Positions 48,798-61,254 of a DNA stretch of 64,000 nucleotides are shown here, piece after piece. The position numbers were made by a program, and so were the translations under genes. The stretch's first letter is position 1, and each line of letters starts with the position of its first letter. The notes under the pieces were generated by a model. It was not told where the DNA came from. It worked only from the letters and a program-made list of their open reading frames with translations, and did no database searches. Source of the DNA: Mobula hypostoma (Eukaryota); NCBI RefSeq assembly GCF_963921235.1, contig NC_086097.1, positions 77,502,001 to 77,566,000 on the forward strand. Reading direction: 5' to 3'.

Positions 48798-49789
48798 TTC
48801 CTATCATTCAGTGTCCTGAAGAGAGTGATTTGCTAGGCCACTTGAAATAACAGTTGTATCACTGTTGGTTAGCAGACGCTTGCAGACTAGAATAGGTGAG
48901 GCTGGCAGGTGGGTATTTACAACTCTGCAGTCGCTTCATTGCTCTCTTACAAAGACCAGCTGTTTATATTTAAATTCCAGATTATTAAATTAATTTTACA
49001 GCTGCCATCGTGGAATTTGAACTCAGGTCTCCGAGTTGTCAGTACAACCTCTGGTAACTCGGTAACTTAATCACTGCATCTTCACAACACCATCTTTTGA
49101 TGCGATTACATCATTTCATCACTGTTTAATAAAAATCACCTGCCGCAAAAAAAAAATAACCACAACAACCTAAAAGCTTTCCAACTTCTGTCACAGCAAG
49201 AGATTACCAGGTGTTCAGAGGAAAGGATTCAAGATTTCTGTCAAAACCGCCATGAAAAAATGCAGCATGCCCACTGCTTGTCAGGAATTCCATGCCCACA
49301 ATTATTCCGCGTGAAAAAGAAGCTTTCAGAATGGTATTGAGAATATACAATTCATGTGTCAGGATCAAACAGATGTAAATGGTGGAAGGAATGGATAACT
49401 TCCCAAACTGCCCCATTTGTGGAAAATCCATGCTCCTACATTTATTGCAGGAACCACTTCAGAAGCAAGTCACACTCAATCCCAAAAGATTGACAAAGAC
49501 ACAGAAGCAACTATTTGTACGTTGCTGTCTTGCGAATGTTGCAGAATGACTTACCGCAAAATTCACACAGTACTGAAAGTGGTATTTATTACCGGCACAA
49601 CTTAGCCTCACCTAGTGAATTATTGATCATGGATAACCATCTCTAGTATCTGAGCTCAAGAGTTCAGAAAGCAGCAACGCTTGGCACTAATTAACACCTT
49701 TAACATGGAATTACCTCCAAGGGTTTTGCAATGACCTTTGAATTTAGTTTTGTTTACACTTAGGCATCAGCCTTGCTACTGGGCCACAG

Positions 49790-50050
49790 GGTCTTGGGTT
49801 CAGGCACTGTTGTAGGGCTGTGCACAATCCAGACTGTCACCTCGACGTCAGCAGTTCCGTACTGTTGAAGGTGTCAGGTAGCCTGACCTGGGTGAGCCTC
49901 TGAACTGAAGTTCCCAGGCCAGGTACTTGTTGAATACAGGGTGAGCTCTCTCAATGTACTGGGCAATATTTCCCTCTAAACAAAATCATTACAAAATAGA
50001 GATTAATTGGTTATATTTTTCTCATGGACGTGTGTGGGCTTGTGCAATAC
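49790..50050 (+). mobile_element. DeuSINE/SacSINE-like remnant
   Basis: Deu-core-like gagctctctcaatgtactgggcaatatttccctc...gattaattggttat. Confidence 0.5.
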
Positions 50051-50664
50051 ACAGAACTATGCATCTGATCCATTTTTATGGCCTTTTTGTTTAGGAATCA
50101 GCTCCACCTGCTTGTATTTATTCTGAGCAAATCATATATAAAAGCGGTTTTAACCAGCAATCACATCTGGATGAAATGTGTGTTCATCAGGAGCTTGCCA
50201 GAATTCTTACACATTGCATTCTCTTGACACTTGTGCAATGTCTGTTGAGTGCCTTGTGTAGATACAAGTCATGCACCGAACATTTCCCTTGGCTGCAGGT
50301 AGACACTGATTGTTAATTGCTCATCCACAGAAAATCTGGAGGCCCTCACAGAGGGATCAGTAATGAGATGCCAATTAAAGGGTATGCATTATGATACTGA
50401 TGATTTACACACAGCATCTCCCAGCCTTCGGTCAGCATTAGGGTAAATGATTCAACCATCCTCCCTTCACTGACCGAAGCCCCTTTATGTATCTCATTTC
50501 CGAAGTATGTTCTATGGTCTCTGGCCCCTTGATAAGCTCACACCCCTCACTGATTTGGCACAGACCAGATGCAAAGGTAAGTACTGGGTCCCCTCCCCTA
50601 TATACAGCTTTTTCTGTAGCTGTTCTCTGGCTGCCATAGATTGAGTTCTTTCAACACTAACTGA

Positions 50665-50945
50665 AAGCATGTAGGACAGTTTCTACACTGCTTTTATAAG
50701 ACTATTAAATAGTCTCCCAGTACAGTAAGTAGCACTTTTAATCTCACTATCTACCTTGTTATGATTTTGCACCTTATTGCTTAACTGCACTACACATTCT
50801 TTGTAGCTGTACACTTTATTCTGTGTTGCTATTGTTTTACCTCAATGCATTGTGCAATGATCTGATCTGTATAAACAGTATGCAAGACAAGCAATTCCAT
50901 GTACCTTAGTGCATGTGACACAAAACCAATTCCAATTCTCATTCA
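50665..50945 (+). mobile_element. Rex1/Babar-type 3' UTR fragment
   Basis: aggacagtttcta...taagactattaaat, tatgcaagacaagc and a (ccaatt)n tail. Confidence 0.55.
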
Positions 50946-51168
50946 AAGATGGCAATGAACAGCAGCTGTAAGTTTCCTCACAGAAAACATTCAGTGCATG
51001 ATTCCATTCTAGCATAGATTTTAACCATGTTTTGCACAATTTTGAAACAGTTCTCGGGGATCATTAGCACTATGCTCACCAGAGGATTCAAAAAGGACAG
51101 CTCACCTTGACTTTTCAGGAGCATTAAGCGATCAACAATAAACTCTGGTCTTGCTAATGGACCCAGAT

Positions 51169-51534
51169 TCTTCTTCTTATCATGTCCACGGACAGTCTAT
51201 ACATGGCCCAGCCAGAACTGGACACATTTTTGTGCCCTGTTATTGAATTCAGCAAGATCTGCAACAGTACAGGGTTCCTCTAGTGATGGTCATTGCAGGA
51301 GATGTTGCATAGTTTGTGGCTCAGTTCCACATTCACAAGTTGTCGGGCTGGTTGTATATCCCCATTTGCTTAGTGACACCTTTGAACGACCTACACCAAT
51401 CCTAAGTCTGTTAAAGCACTTCCAGGTTGCCCAGTTGCAATTACCTCCTGGGGGAAGGCTTTCATCCGGTGGAATTTCCATCATTGGGGGTTGTTTGAGA
51501 CTGGTGAGCTGGTCTTTCCACAAGGCGATGCGGG
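51169..51534 (-). mobile_element. Vingi (Ingi/I-group)-like LINE 3' end
   Basis: Minus ORF WKCFNRLRIGVGRSK...KWGY...CECG.EPQTMQHLLQ with a (gaa)n tail. The 12-bp TSD is atggacccagat (51157-51168 / 51535-51546). Confidence 0.78.
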
Positions 51535-51642
51535 ATGGACCCAGATCCTAAAAATGAATAGATAAAATATATTTAGCTCAGCAAAAGAACACAAAATCCA
51601 ATTTCTAGGCAAGTTTTGGTTTTCACCATTTCTCTGTAATCG

Positions 51643-52294
51643 TGTAATGCCCTGGTTCATATTTTTGCTGTTATGCTGTATGTATTTCATTTTTGGCAGT
51701 TCTGTAAGAGCAGTCTGTTCTGTTTTCATGCTTGTTTGGCTTACTGTTGAAGATCAGAGATGGGAAAAATGCATGCCATCCAATTAGGATGGTCGGATTA
51801 AGGAGAGGTTTCTCGGGTGAGAGACACTAAGGTTGGGCTTGAAGCTTTTGTTCGACAGGAGATGAAGAGAGAAGACGTTGGGGAAAACTGGTCATAGCGT
51901 ACGATCCAGTGGAGGACCCGTTTGTTCGAGGTGGGTTGCGAGCGACATTCGGAAGGTGGTGTGTGCTTTCGCGTTGACCATGGGCCCGGCACATAGGTGA
52001 CAGAGAAGTTCAAGAGGAGTTCCAACTTGTGCACATTTGATTGGTTAATTAAAATGGGCCCCTTTCTTTTTGTTATTCTTTACTAACCCTTCAGTTAAGA
52101 TTCATGAATACAATTCCTTTAATCATATACAGTGTATGGTCTGTTATTTCAAGGCATTAACTGATAACAGGGTAGCAAATTACACAGCATCCACACAAAT
52201 CGGTATTTGGGGTGGGATTGGGTGTGCCTCAATCTCATGAGTTTGGAGGTTGTCTTACCTGGACTTACGCAGCCGAGGAAACCAGGGTGTTTCA
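51643..52294 (+). mobile_element. Solo LTR (Gypsy), same family as 56333-58696
   Basis: Termini are tgtaatgccctggtt...aaccagggtgtttca, with TSD atcg/atgg. It is the reverse-complement match to both LTRs of the downstream element. Confidence 0.88.
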
Positions 52295-52803
52295 ATGGTG
52301 ACACGGTTTCAAAAATACCTCAGTGATTATGATGCACATTTCAATATGATAATTATTTTAAATGCATTTTGTTCTTCTGGCATTCCTTTTATATTTAAGG
52401 AAAATGTTGCATGTACGTGCCACGGAAAACAAGGTAGATCAGTCATGTTTCTTTGGGTGGTGTTGCCTGGAAGAGGAACATTACACTCTGATGTTAATCT
52501 GCATACTTCCATTGGATGACATGAATCTCAACATCATGCCAACTTTGAAAGGTTATAGCCTTGGTAATTGTTCAGTACCATCCTAATGAAAAGGATAAGA
52601 AGATGAATAAGCTTACGGCTGGAGGAATGATCTCAGTCTTCATCATAGCCAACTAGGTGAATATAGCTCTTTCCACATCAAAGAATGAAAGATGACATTA
52701 TGTTTGTGAGTATGCTCCTGTAGGAGAGGCAAAGATGGTATGATAACCAAATCTCAGTTTATGAAAGAAGTGGAAAGTTGAGCAGAAATAGGAAAGAAAT
52801 ATA

Positions 52804-53302
52804 TACTCTGTGGCCACTTTATTAGGTGCACCTATACATATCTAATCAGCCAATCATGTGGCAGCAACTCAATACACATGAACATGCCAACTTGGTCAAG
52901 AGGTTCAGTTGTTGTTCAGGCCAAACATCAGGATGGGGAAGAAACATGATCTAAGTGATTCTGTTGGTGGAATGATTGTTGGTGCCAGACGGGGTGATTT
53001 GAGTATCTCAGATCTATTGGGATTTTCGTGCATGTCAGTCTTTAGAGTTTACAGAGACTGGTGCAAGAAACAAAAACACCAGTGAGCACCAGCTCTGTGG
53101 GCAAAAATGCCTGAGAGGTCAGAGGAGAATGGGCAAGCTGACAGGAAGGTGACAGTAACTCAAATAACCATGCATTACAAATGTGGTGTGCAGAGGAGCG
53201 GCTCTGGAAACACAACACATTGAACCTTGAAGTGGATGGGCTACAACAGCAGAAGACCACACCAGCTTGCAATCTTGTACCTAATAAAGTGGCCACTGAG
53301 AG
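52804..53302 (+). mobile_element. Internally deleted Tc1 transposon, 499 bp
   Basis: TIRs gtggccactttattaggt / acctaataaagtggccac with TA flanks, and an N-terminal transposase remnant MGKKHDLSD..GMIVGARR. Confidence 0.88.
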
Positions 53303-53549
53303 TATATCGGGCATAGGCACTTGGTTCCGAAAGAGTCAAAGAATCACAGAAACATACAGCACAGAAACAGGTCCTTAAGATTCATTTCATTTATTCCAAT
53401 TGTGATGCCTCCCACCCTTGCTCTGGGAAAAAGTGTCTGCCTTTCCTGTCTATTTCTGTCATAGTTTTGTAGCCTCTATAACATCACCCCTCAGCCTTCT
53501 ACACTCCAGGCTAGGGTGGAAGTAAGGAAGACAAATACGCTGTGCATGC

Positions 53550-54092
53550 ATATTGTATTTTGAGAAGACTAGAGCATAAAAGCAAAGATGTAATGCTGAG
53601 GCTTTATAAGGTGTTGGTTAGACCACATCTGGAGTATTAAGCAATTTTGTTCCCATATCTATGGAAGGATGCACAGGGTCTAGAGGAAGTTTCTGAGAAT
53701 GAGCCCAGGGATGAAAGGATTAACATATGAGAAATGTTTGATGGCTATGGACCTGGGAGTTTAGGTTGAGTGGGGTGGTGGGGGGGATTTCAATGAAATC
53801 TACTGAATATTGATGGAGTGGACATGGAGAGGGTGTTTCCAGTGGAGGGTCCAGGACCAGAGAGTACAGTAACGATGTCCTTTTAGAATAGAACTTGTGG
53901 AATTCATTGCCACAGATAGCTGTGGAGCTTAAGTCATTAGGTTATTTAAAGTAGAGTTTGATAGGTTCTTGATTAGGTAGAGTGCAAAAATTATGGGAAA
54001 TGGGGTTGTGAGGGAAAATAAATCAGCCATAATTGAATTATGGAGCAGACATGAAGGGTCGAATGGCCTAATTCTGCTCCTATGTCTTATGT
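53550..54092 (+). mobile_element. CR1 3' fragment
   Basis: gtaatgctgaggctttataagg..., with a 3' UTR gaatggcctaattctgctcctatgtcttatg. Confidence 0.8.
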
Positions 54093-54094
54093 TC

Positions 54095-54598
54095 CTGCAG
54101 AAAAAGACTGGCCTATTCAAATACTCCTTGTAACGACAGCCCTCCATCCCAGACAGCATCACATTCCTCCTGACATGTGACGACCAAAACTGTACCCAAT
54201 ATCCTAAATGCAGTCTAACCAATGCTTTGTACAACTGCAACATGATGACCTAATTTACTCATTGTGCCTCAGCATGTGAAGGAAAACCTATCAAATGCTT
54301 TTATAATTACACTACCCACCTACCACATGTCACCATTTTCAGAGAGTGATGGATTTCTCAACATTTCTCTGTACATCAGCACTTCTAATATCTTTGCTAT
54401 GTGTCTCCCTAAAGTCCATTTCCTCTCTCTGTTTATGATTACATTTCAGCTGCTATCACTTCACCCAACCTTTCAGCTGATTCATGTCCAGCTGTATAAC
54501 TGAACAAACTTCTTTGCTCATTGTGACTCTACCAATTTTTATGTCTTTAGCAAAGTTACTGTTTTCACCTTTTACTGTTTTCACCTCCTCATCATTTA

Positions 54599-54637
<39 letters not shown>

Positions 54638-55470
54638 TACAAATAACAATTGCCCCACCCTACCATGTGAAATCTTGTCAAAAGATTTGCTGAAGATGAT
54701 AGAGACAGCTTCTACCAGCCTTTCTTTATCTATCTCCTTGTTAATCTCCTAAAACAACTCATTTGTGAGAGATCAGCACAAAACTGTGTTTCCAAGTGAA
54801 CATCACTCTACGCCTTAGAATCTTTTCCAACAGGTTCCCTACCACTGTCATATCACTCACAGGCCTATACTTTTCAAGCTTATCTATGCTCTCTTTTTCT
54901 GGGCAGGGAGACACAGGAGCTGTCCTCCAGTCTTCCGGTACCTCACCTGTGAAAAAGCAAGGTATGAAAATCTTTGTCAGAGCTCCAACAATCTCCTCCC
55001 TTGATTTCCTCAGCATTCTGGGATGGACCCCTCAGGCCATAATAAGCAACAATGTTAATCATGCATCCACCTTCCTGACACAAATAAGCTCCAGCCTATC
55101 AGCACACCCCTCCCTTAACTTTCCAGCCTCCATATCCTTCTGCTTTGTGAATACCGATGACTAGTAATCATTTTGAATCTTGCTCATATCCTCTGGCTCT
55201 TTGCATAGATTATCACTCTGGTCCTGAGACAATCCATTCCTCCCTCACCTACCATCTTGTTTCAAATGTACTTTCTTTATGAAAGGTTATAGAATTCTTC
55301 TTAATACAATTTCATGGCACCTTTCTGACCTCCTAATTTCTTAAATCTCTTCTATCCCAATTAACCTCAAATGATTCATTAGATAGTAACTTTTTATACC
55401 TGACATGTGCTTCCCACCTTTCCTTGATAAGACCTTTCATATCCATATGAGATATATGGGGGATGTAGGA
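54095..55470 (-). mobile_element. Old CR1 ORF2 fragment
   Basis: Minus ORFs LQLYKALVRLHLGYWVQFWS and TGEVPEDWRTA...YRPVS. Contains a (TA)n run at ~54597-54638. Confidence 0.8.
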
Positions 55471-55889
55471 GTGAGAATATAAAAAAAATATTATTACATG
55501 ATTGGCAAATGGGATTGAAGATAGTCCCAAATAATTTTTTAAATACTATATATGAAAAACAAAGGGGTAAATAGACAGAGAGCAGATCCCTTCAGGGTCC
55601 AGGGGATATTCCAGTTGAGAAGCAATGGGATACAACCAAAACCCTGAATGAGTACTTCTTATTGGTAAAACCTCTCTATATCCACCCAGTCAAGACCTCT
55701 CAGTATTGTATACATTTTGATCAAGTCACCTTTCAATAGATGTCACCTGTGATTTAGAAAAAGGTTAACTATCTGACTCCAGACTTCTCAACCTACAGCA
55801 TGATAAGTCTGCCTTTCTAAGTACAATTTACTTTGCACCACTCCCCTGGTGATGGTAATTCCCCCGTGTTCCTCTCACTCCCTTTCAGT

Positions 55890-56262
55890 TAGAGTCATAG
55901 AGAAATACAGCACAGAAACAGGCTTTTCAACCCATCTAGCCCATGCTGAAAACATTTAAATTGCCTACTCCCATCCTGCATCAGGACCATAGCCCTCCGT
56001 ATCCCTACTATCCATGTACTTATCTAGACTTCTCTTAAACATTGAAATCAAGCATTGTGCTGGCAGCTCATTTCATATTCTTATGACCGTCTGAGTGAAG
56101 AAGTTTCCCCTCATGTTCCACTTAAATTTTTCACCTTTCACCCTTAACCCATGACCTCTGGTTGTAGTCCCGCACTACCTCAGTGGAAAAAGCATGCTTG
56201 CATTTATCTATCAATACCTCCTCATTATTTTACATACTTCTATCAAATCTCCTCTCGATCCC
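55890..56262 (-). mobile_element. CR1 3' end (same subfamily as 19565-20075 and 36340)
   Basis: gagtcatagagaaatacagcacagaaacaggc...gtgaagaagtttcccctc. Confidence 0.82.
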
Positions 56263-56990
56263 AATTCTGGATTTCCAGCTATTTCTGGGATGTTTCTTAC
56301 ACTTTCAAGTGAAGATTAATGCAAAATATTTGTGAAATACCCTGGTTTCCTTGGCTATGTAAATTTAGAGACGACAACCACTGGCCCCGCCAAACTTGTG
56401 AAATTGAGGCACACTCAATCCCACCTTAAACCCCGGTTTGTGTGGATGCTGTGTCATTTGCTACCCTGTTACAACTTAATGCTGCAAAATAACAGACAGT
56501 ACATTGCATACGATTAAAGGAATTATATTTATAAACCCCAACTAAAAGGTTAGTAAAGAATAACAAAAAGAAAAGGGCCCATTCTAATTAAACAGTCAAA
56601 CGCGCACAAGTTGGAGTCATCTTGAACTTCTCTGTCACTCACTCACTGGGCCCTCGGTCAACATGAAAGACCACACCACCTTCTGAACGTCACTCACCAG
56701 CCATCTCGAGCAAACGGATCTCCCACTGGATCTTACGCTACGACCAGTTTTCCCCAACGTCTCCTCTCTTCATCTCCTCTTGAACAAAAGCTTCAAGCCC
56801 AACCTTAGTGCCTCTCACCCGAGAAGCCTCCCCTTAATCCGACCCTCCTAAATGGATGGCACACATTTCTCCCATCTCTCATCTTCAACAGTAACCCAAA
56901 CAAGCATGAAAACAGAACAGGCTGCTCTTACAGAACTGCCAAAATGAAATACATTCAGCGTAACAGTAAAAATATGAACCAGGGATTACA

Positions 56991-57007
56991 CTCTTCCCCC
57001 ACCAAAA
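56991..57007 (-). promoter_or_regulatory. Polypurine tract
   Basis: Minus strand reads ttttggtgggggaagag, abutting the 3' LTR start tgtaat. Confidence 0.75.
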
Positions 57008-58014
57008 TAGCCATGTCCTCATGACTTTGAAATAATTTGTCCATAGTGTCATTAATAACACTGTTTTCAAAGGAAGTTTGTGATGTCAGAACGTCCAATC
57101 CATTTGTAAATAGTAGTGACATATCTCACTGGGGGATAGTCACAGTCTTCTGTTCCCCCAGTGTTACATAGGGGGTCTGCTGACTCTTTGAATCCTCCAT
57201 ATCCCATCATCTACGTCTTCAGTTTCAGACATTCCTTGGGATACTTCTGATCCACATGGCGAGGTCTCCCCCCTGTCTATTGCTCGTGCCTTCCGGCAAC
57301 TCAGGTCCCTCAGCCATGGGGCTGAGCTCAGCTTCATTCCCAGTTACTTAAGAGCCCAGCCCCCTTCGTGGTCCAGCTTCAAGCCTGCCTGCGCACAGAT
57401 AGTCCCCCCGATTTCACCTGTCTCAGCATGAGAAGGCTTGGGAATTACTTCCTCAATTAATGGAGAGTTAGCAAAAGGGGGCATATACCACACCCCCAAT
57501 TCCCCATCCTGCTCTTCCCCTTTTGGGTGGGTTTCATTCCTAAGAACAGGCTGAGCCTACAATAGCTGGGACTAAAACTGGGCATTTTACTATTTATTTG
57601 CCAGGGAGGCAAGGGCTGCTACCAACTGAGAATGCTCAAGCTTTACTGGAGGACTCATTAGACCTGCTACATCAGACCACTCCTTCCCCTCGCTCCGCAG
57701 ATATGAGAGTAACTTGTCTTTAAAGTCTCTGGCCCCAGCTACAGGAAGCTCGGCTTCCAATTTTCACACTCGCCTTCACTCCCCTCCTCCCGGAAAGTAT
57801 GGACAGCCCACAGCCCCCTCTCCCGGAGCCCCCAGAGTACCAGGCCATTATGTCAGTGCCAGTCTGAACTAGAACAAAGTCTTTGCCCGCCACCACCTGC
57901 AGCATTCATAACCACGTATCGCAATCATTTACAGAACAATAGTTTAAAACAGACTTAAACACACAACCCACTGGATCAGTGCTCAGGGCATTCACACAGC
58001 ATCCAATGAAATCG

Positions 58015-58033
58015 ATCCCGGACAATACTCCCA
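58015..58033 (-). promoter_or_regulatory. Primer-binding site, tRNA-Pro-like (degenerate)
   Basis: Minus strand reads tgggagtattgtccgggat versus the canonical TGGGGGCTCGTCCGGGAT, 3 nt from the LTR. Confidence 0.7.
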
Positions 58034-60304
58034 GAATGAAACCCTCTGGTTTCCTCCGCTGCATAAGTTCAGGGAAGACAAACTCTGGCCTCGCCAAACT
58101 CGTGAGATTGAGACGCGCTCGAGCCTACCCCAAACCCGGGTTTGTGTGAATGCGGTGTCATTTGCTACCTTGTTACAATTTAATACTGCGAAACAACAGA
58201 CAGTACACTGCATACGATTAAAGGAATTATACTTATGAACCTTAGCTAAAGGATTAGTAAAGAATAACAAAAAGAAAAGGGCCCATTCTAATTAAACAAT
58301 CAAATGTGCACAAGTTGGACCTCGTCTTGAACTTCGCTGTCACTCATGCGCTGGGCCCTCGGTCAACGTGAAAGCTTACAGCACCTTCTAAATGTCACTC
58401 ACAATCCATCTTGAATCAACGGGTCTCCCACTGGATCGTAGGCTACAACCGGTTCTCCCCAGCGTCTTCTCTCTTCATCTCCTCTTGAACAAAAGTCCCA
58501 AGTCCAACCTTAGTGTCTCTCACCAGAGAAACCTCTCCTTCAGTTCGCCCATCCTAGTGAGTGGCACACATTTCTCCTATCTCTTATCTTCAACAGTAAC
58601 CCAAACAAGCATGAAAACAGAACAGACTGCTCTTACAGAACTGCCAAAATGAAATACATACAGCATAACAGTAAAAATATGAACCAGGGCATTACATCTG
58701 TTTTGCTCATTTGTCATCTCTTTTTCTTTCCATTATTAATTCTCTAGATTCATTTACTGAATGATTTGTTCATTTTCTTAAATTTGCAGTAATCCATTGC
58801 TGTTTTAAACAATTTCCTAACCTGCTGCATCTTTGGGCAATTATAAACATGTTCTGATGCTACCCGTAACAGTTTCAGTTAACTATGAATGGTCAGTTCT
58901 GTCTCTGGATTTAATTTTTCACACTGGAATGTATTTATTCTGTGTATTTTGAATGAACAGCTGTATTGCCTGCTAATGCATCTCAACTGATTAATACTTT
59001 AACCTAATTTGTCAGTCATTTTATCTTTCATTCCCTTATAACTCCCTGTATTTAATTTTAAAATATTAGTCTGAGACCCATTTCTCTCTCACCTAAATGA
59101 GAGTAAAGTTCCATCACACAAAGCCTGCTACACAGAAGTGCTGTGGCAATGAGGACATTAATTTTCTTGTATTACTTCACAATACCAAATCCAGTGTAAC
59201 TTGCTCTCTGGTTGTTTCCAGGACACGTTTTTCTTAGGAACTGTTCTGAAAGCACGTTATAAACCTTTGCACTTGGTTACATTTGCCCACATGATTTTAT
59301 TTAGGTCTTGGTGCATTTTAAATGTGCTTCTTGATATTGCTGTATCTTTATCAACAAGCTCCTTTATTTCTCCACTTACATTCTGTTTCACACATTAGGG
59401 GGTTTATATTATTTTCCACAAGTGATTTCTTGCCTTTCTTAAGAATTCAAATCCTAAATACATGATGACCAAAAACTTGACTACTAATTTGATGTTTCAG
59501 AACGAAGATAATTTCCCATACCTTCCTTTCATCAATGAAAGAAGTCATTAAGCCTAAGAAGGATTTGCTAACTTTCAGAGAAATCCCTTCAGTCTCATTT
59601 CCACTCACTCCTCGCCAATGATTCTTCTGTGATCTATTTTTGCTCACATCCATCAACTCCCCACCCATTAGAACTAGAGGCAATTTACAGTGGTCAATTA
59701 AGCTACCAATCAATTTATCTGTCCAATTCTGCAGCATAATTTCAAGAGCCAAGGTCCTTGGTCTCAACCGCTTTTATCCCATTCTTTAATACTAGGGATC
59801 CTTCACCTCCTATTTGTCTCCTTCTAAAAGTTAACCATCCTGAAACTGTCACTTCACAGCCATGTCATTGAAATGATTATGAGATAGAGCCAATTTATTT
59901 TATTTGCTATTAGTTCATCTTCATTGTTAAGAGAACTGCATGTAGTTCATGATAATTCACTTGGAATATGTTGGAAATTTGGGCAAATGGAATTTAAGCA
60001 GATAAATGTGAGGTAATGCACTTTAGGACAGCAGATATTAACATATTGTGGGAATTGCAGGTTTCTGAAACTGAAGTTGTTACCTTGTCGTCTGTGACAT
60101 TCACATCATCTCCTGTCTGCTCCTTTAATCATTGAGTCTATCATCATGGCATTCCTTTCTCCCTCCTCCCAAGATACACAGCTGAACTGTTTGGTTACAT
60201 TCTTGCCAGCAAAACCTGTATGAATGTAACCATGCTATGAACCTGTGTGCCAATTTCCCTTGATGTGTTGATATATCAAGGGAAATTGGCATACTGGTTC
60301 ATCG

Positions 60305-60835
60305 TTTTCTGAAAATGGTGACATAGATGGGTGAGCAAGCATTCAGCATGCTTGCCTGCATAAGCCAATGCACTGAGTACAAGAGTTATCATGTCATGTT
60401 GCAGTTGGACTAAATATTAGTTAGGTTGCACTTGGAGTGTTTTGTACAGGAAGGATACAATAGCGGTAGAAAGAGTACAGAAGAGATTCATCAAGATGTT
60501 GCATAGGATAGAGATCTATAGATTTAAGGAGAAATTGTTTAGGCTGCATTTATTCTCAATGGAATGTAAGAGATTGAAGGATGACCTTATGAAAATCATG
60601 ACAGCAGAATTTGGTAGATTGTGAGAATGTTTGTCCTAAGGTGTAGAAGTCTAAACTAAAGGTTTAAAATGAGGGGGAGAAATTTAAAGGTGATCCAATA
60701 AAAAGGTTTTTCATACAGAGGGTGGTGGTTATATGGAGTGAACTTCCAGAGGAAGTGGTGGAAGAAAATACAATTGTAACATTGAAAAGAAATTAGGACA
60801 AGTTCATGAAGAGGAATCACCAAATATGGTCCGGG
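60305..60835 (+). mobile_element. Old CR1 3' fragment
   Basis: YRKDTIAVERVQKRFIKML..., tttttcatacagagggtggtgg. Confidence 0.78.
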
Positions 60836-61254
60836 AATACCAACAGGGATTAAGCTTTCAGAATCCTGGATGTAACTTCTGTTTGGGTCTGTGTCAGATG
60901 GCCAGAGAACCAAAACTAGGAGTAAATATACTTGACCTCATCCATACGCATATACTCTGTGTGATGTCAAGATGAGGAAGATGACCAAATATACTAAAGA
61001 CTACGGGAGCTTCTGGAGTCTCTAAAACTAGTTGTACTTCAAGCCAAGTTGTTCTAGTACAGTTACAGCATTGCCTCCCATCCAGAAATACAATATCTGC
61101 CCAGATATGTCATGTCTACAAGTAAAATAAATCAATTCAACTCACTCTACTCTCTACCACCGATAGAATTATCAAGTTTGACTCAACAGTAATGCCTAGT
61201 CTGGGTTTGGTTTCTAATCATGTTACATTTTTGCCAGAAAAAACATCAAAGGGT

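Larger units (their letters stand above)
56333..58696 (-). mobile_element. Internally deleted two-LTR Gypsy retrotransposon, 2364 bp
   Basis: 5' LTR at 58037-58696 and 3' LTR at 56333-56990. A PBS resembling tRNA-Pro lies at 58015-58033 and a PPT at 56991-57007. TSD is tttg/tctg, and the interior is ~1 kb. Confidence 0.9.
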
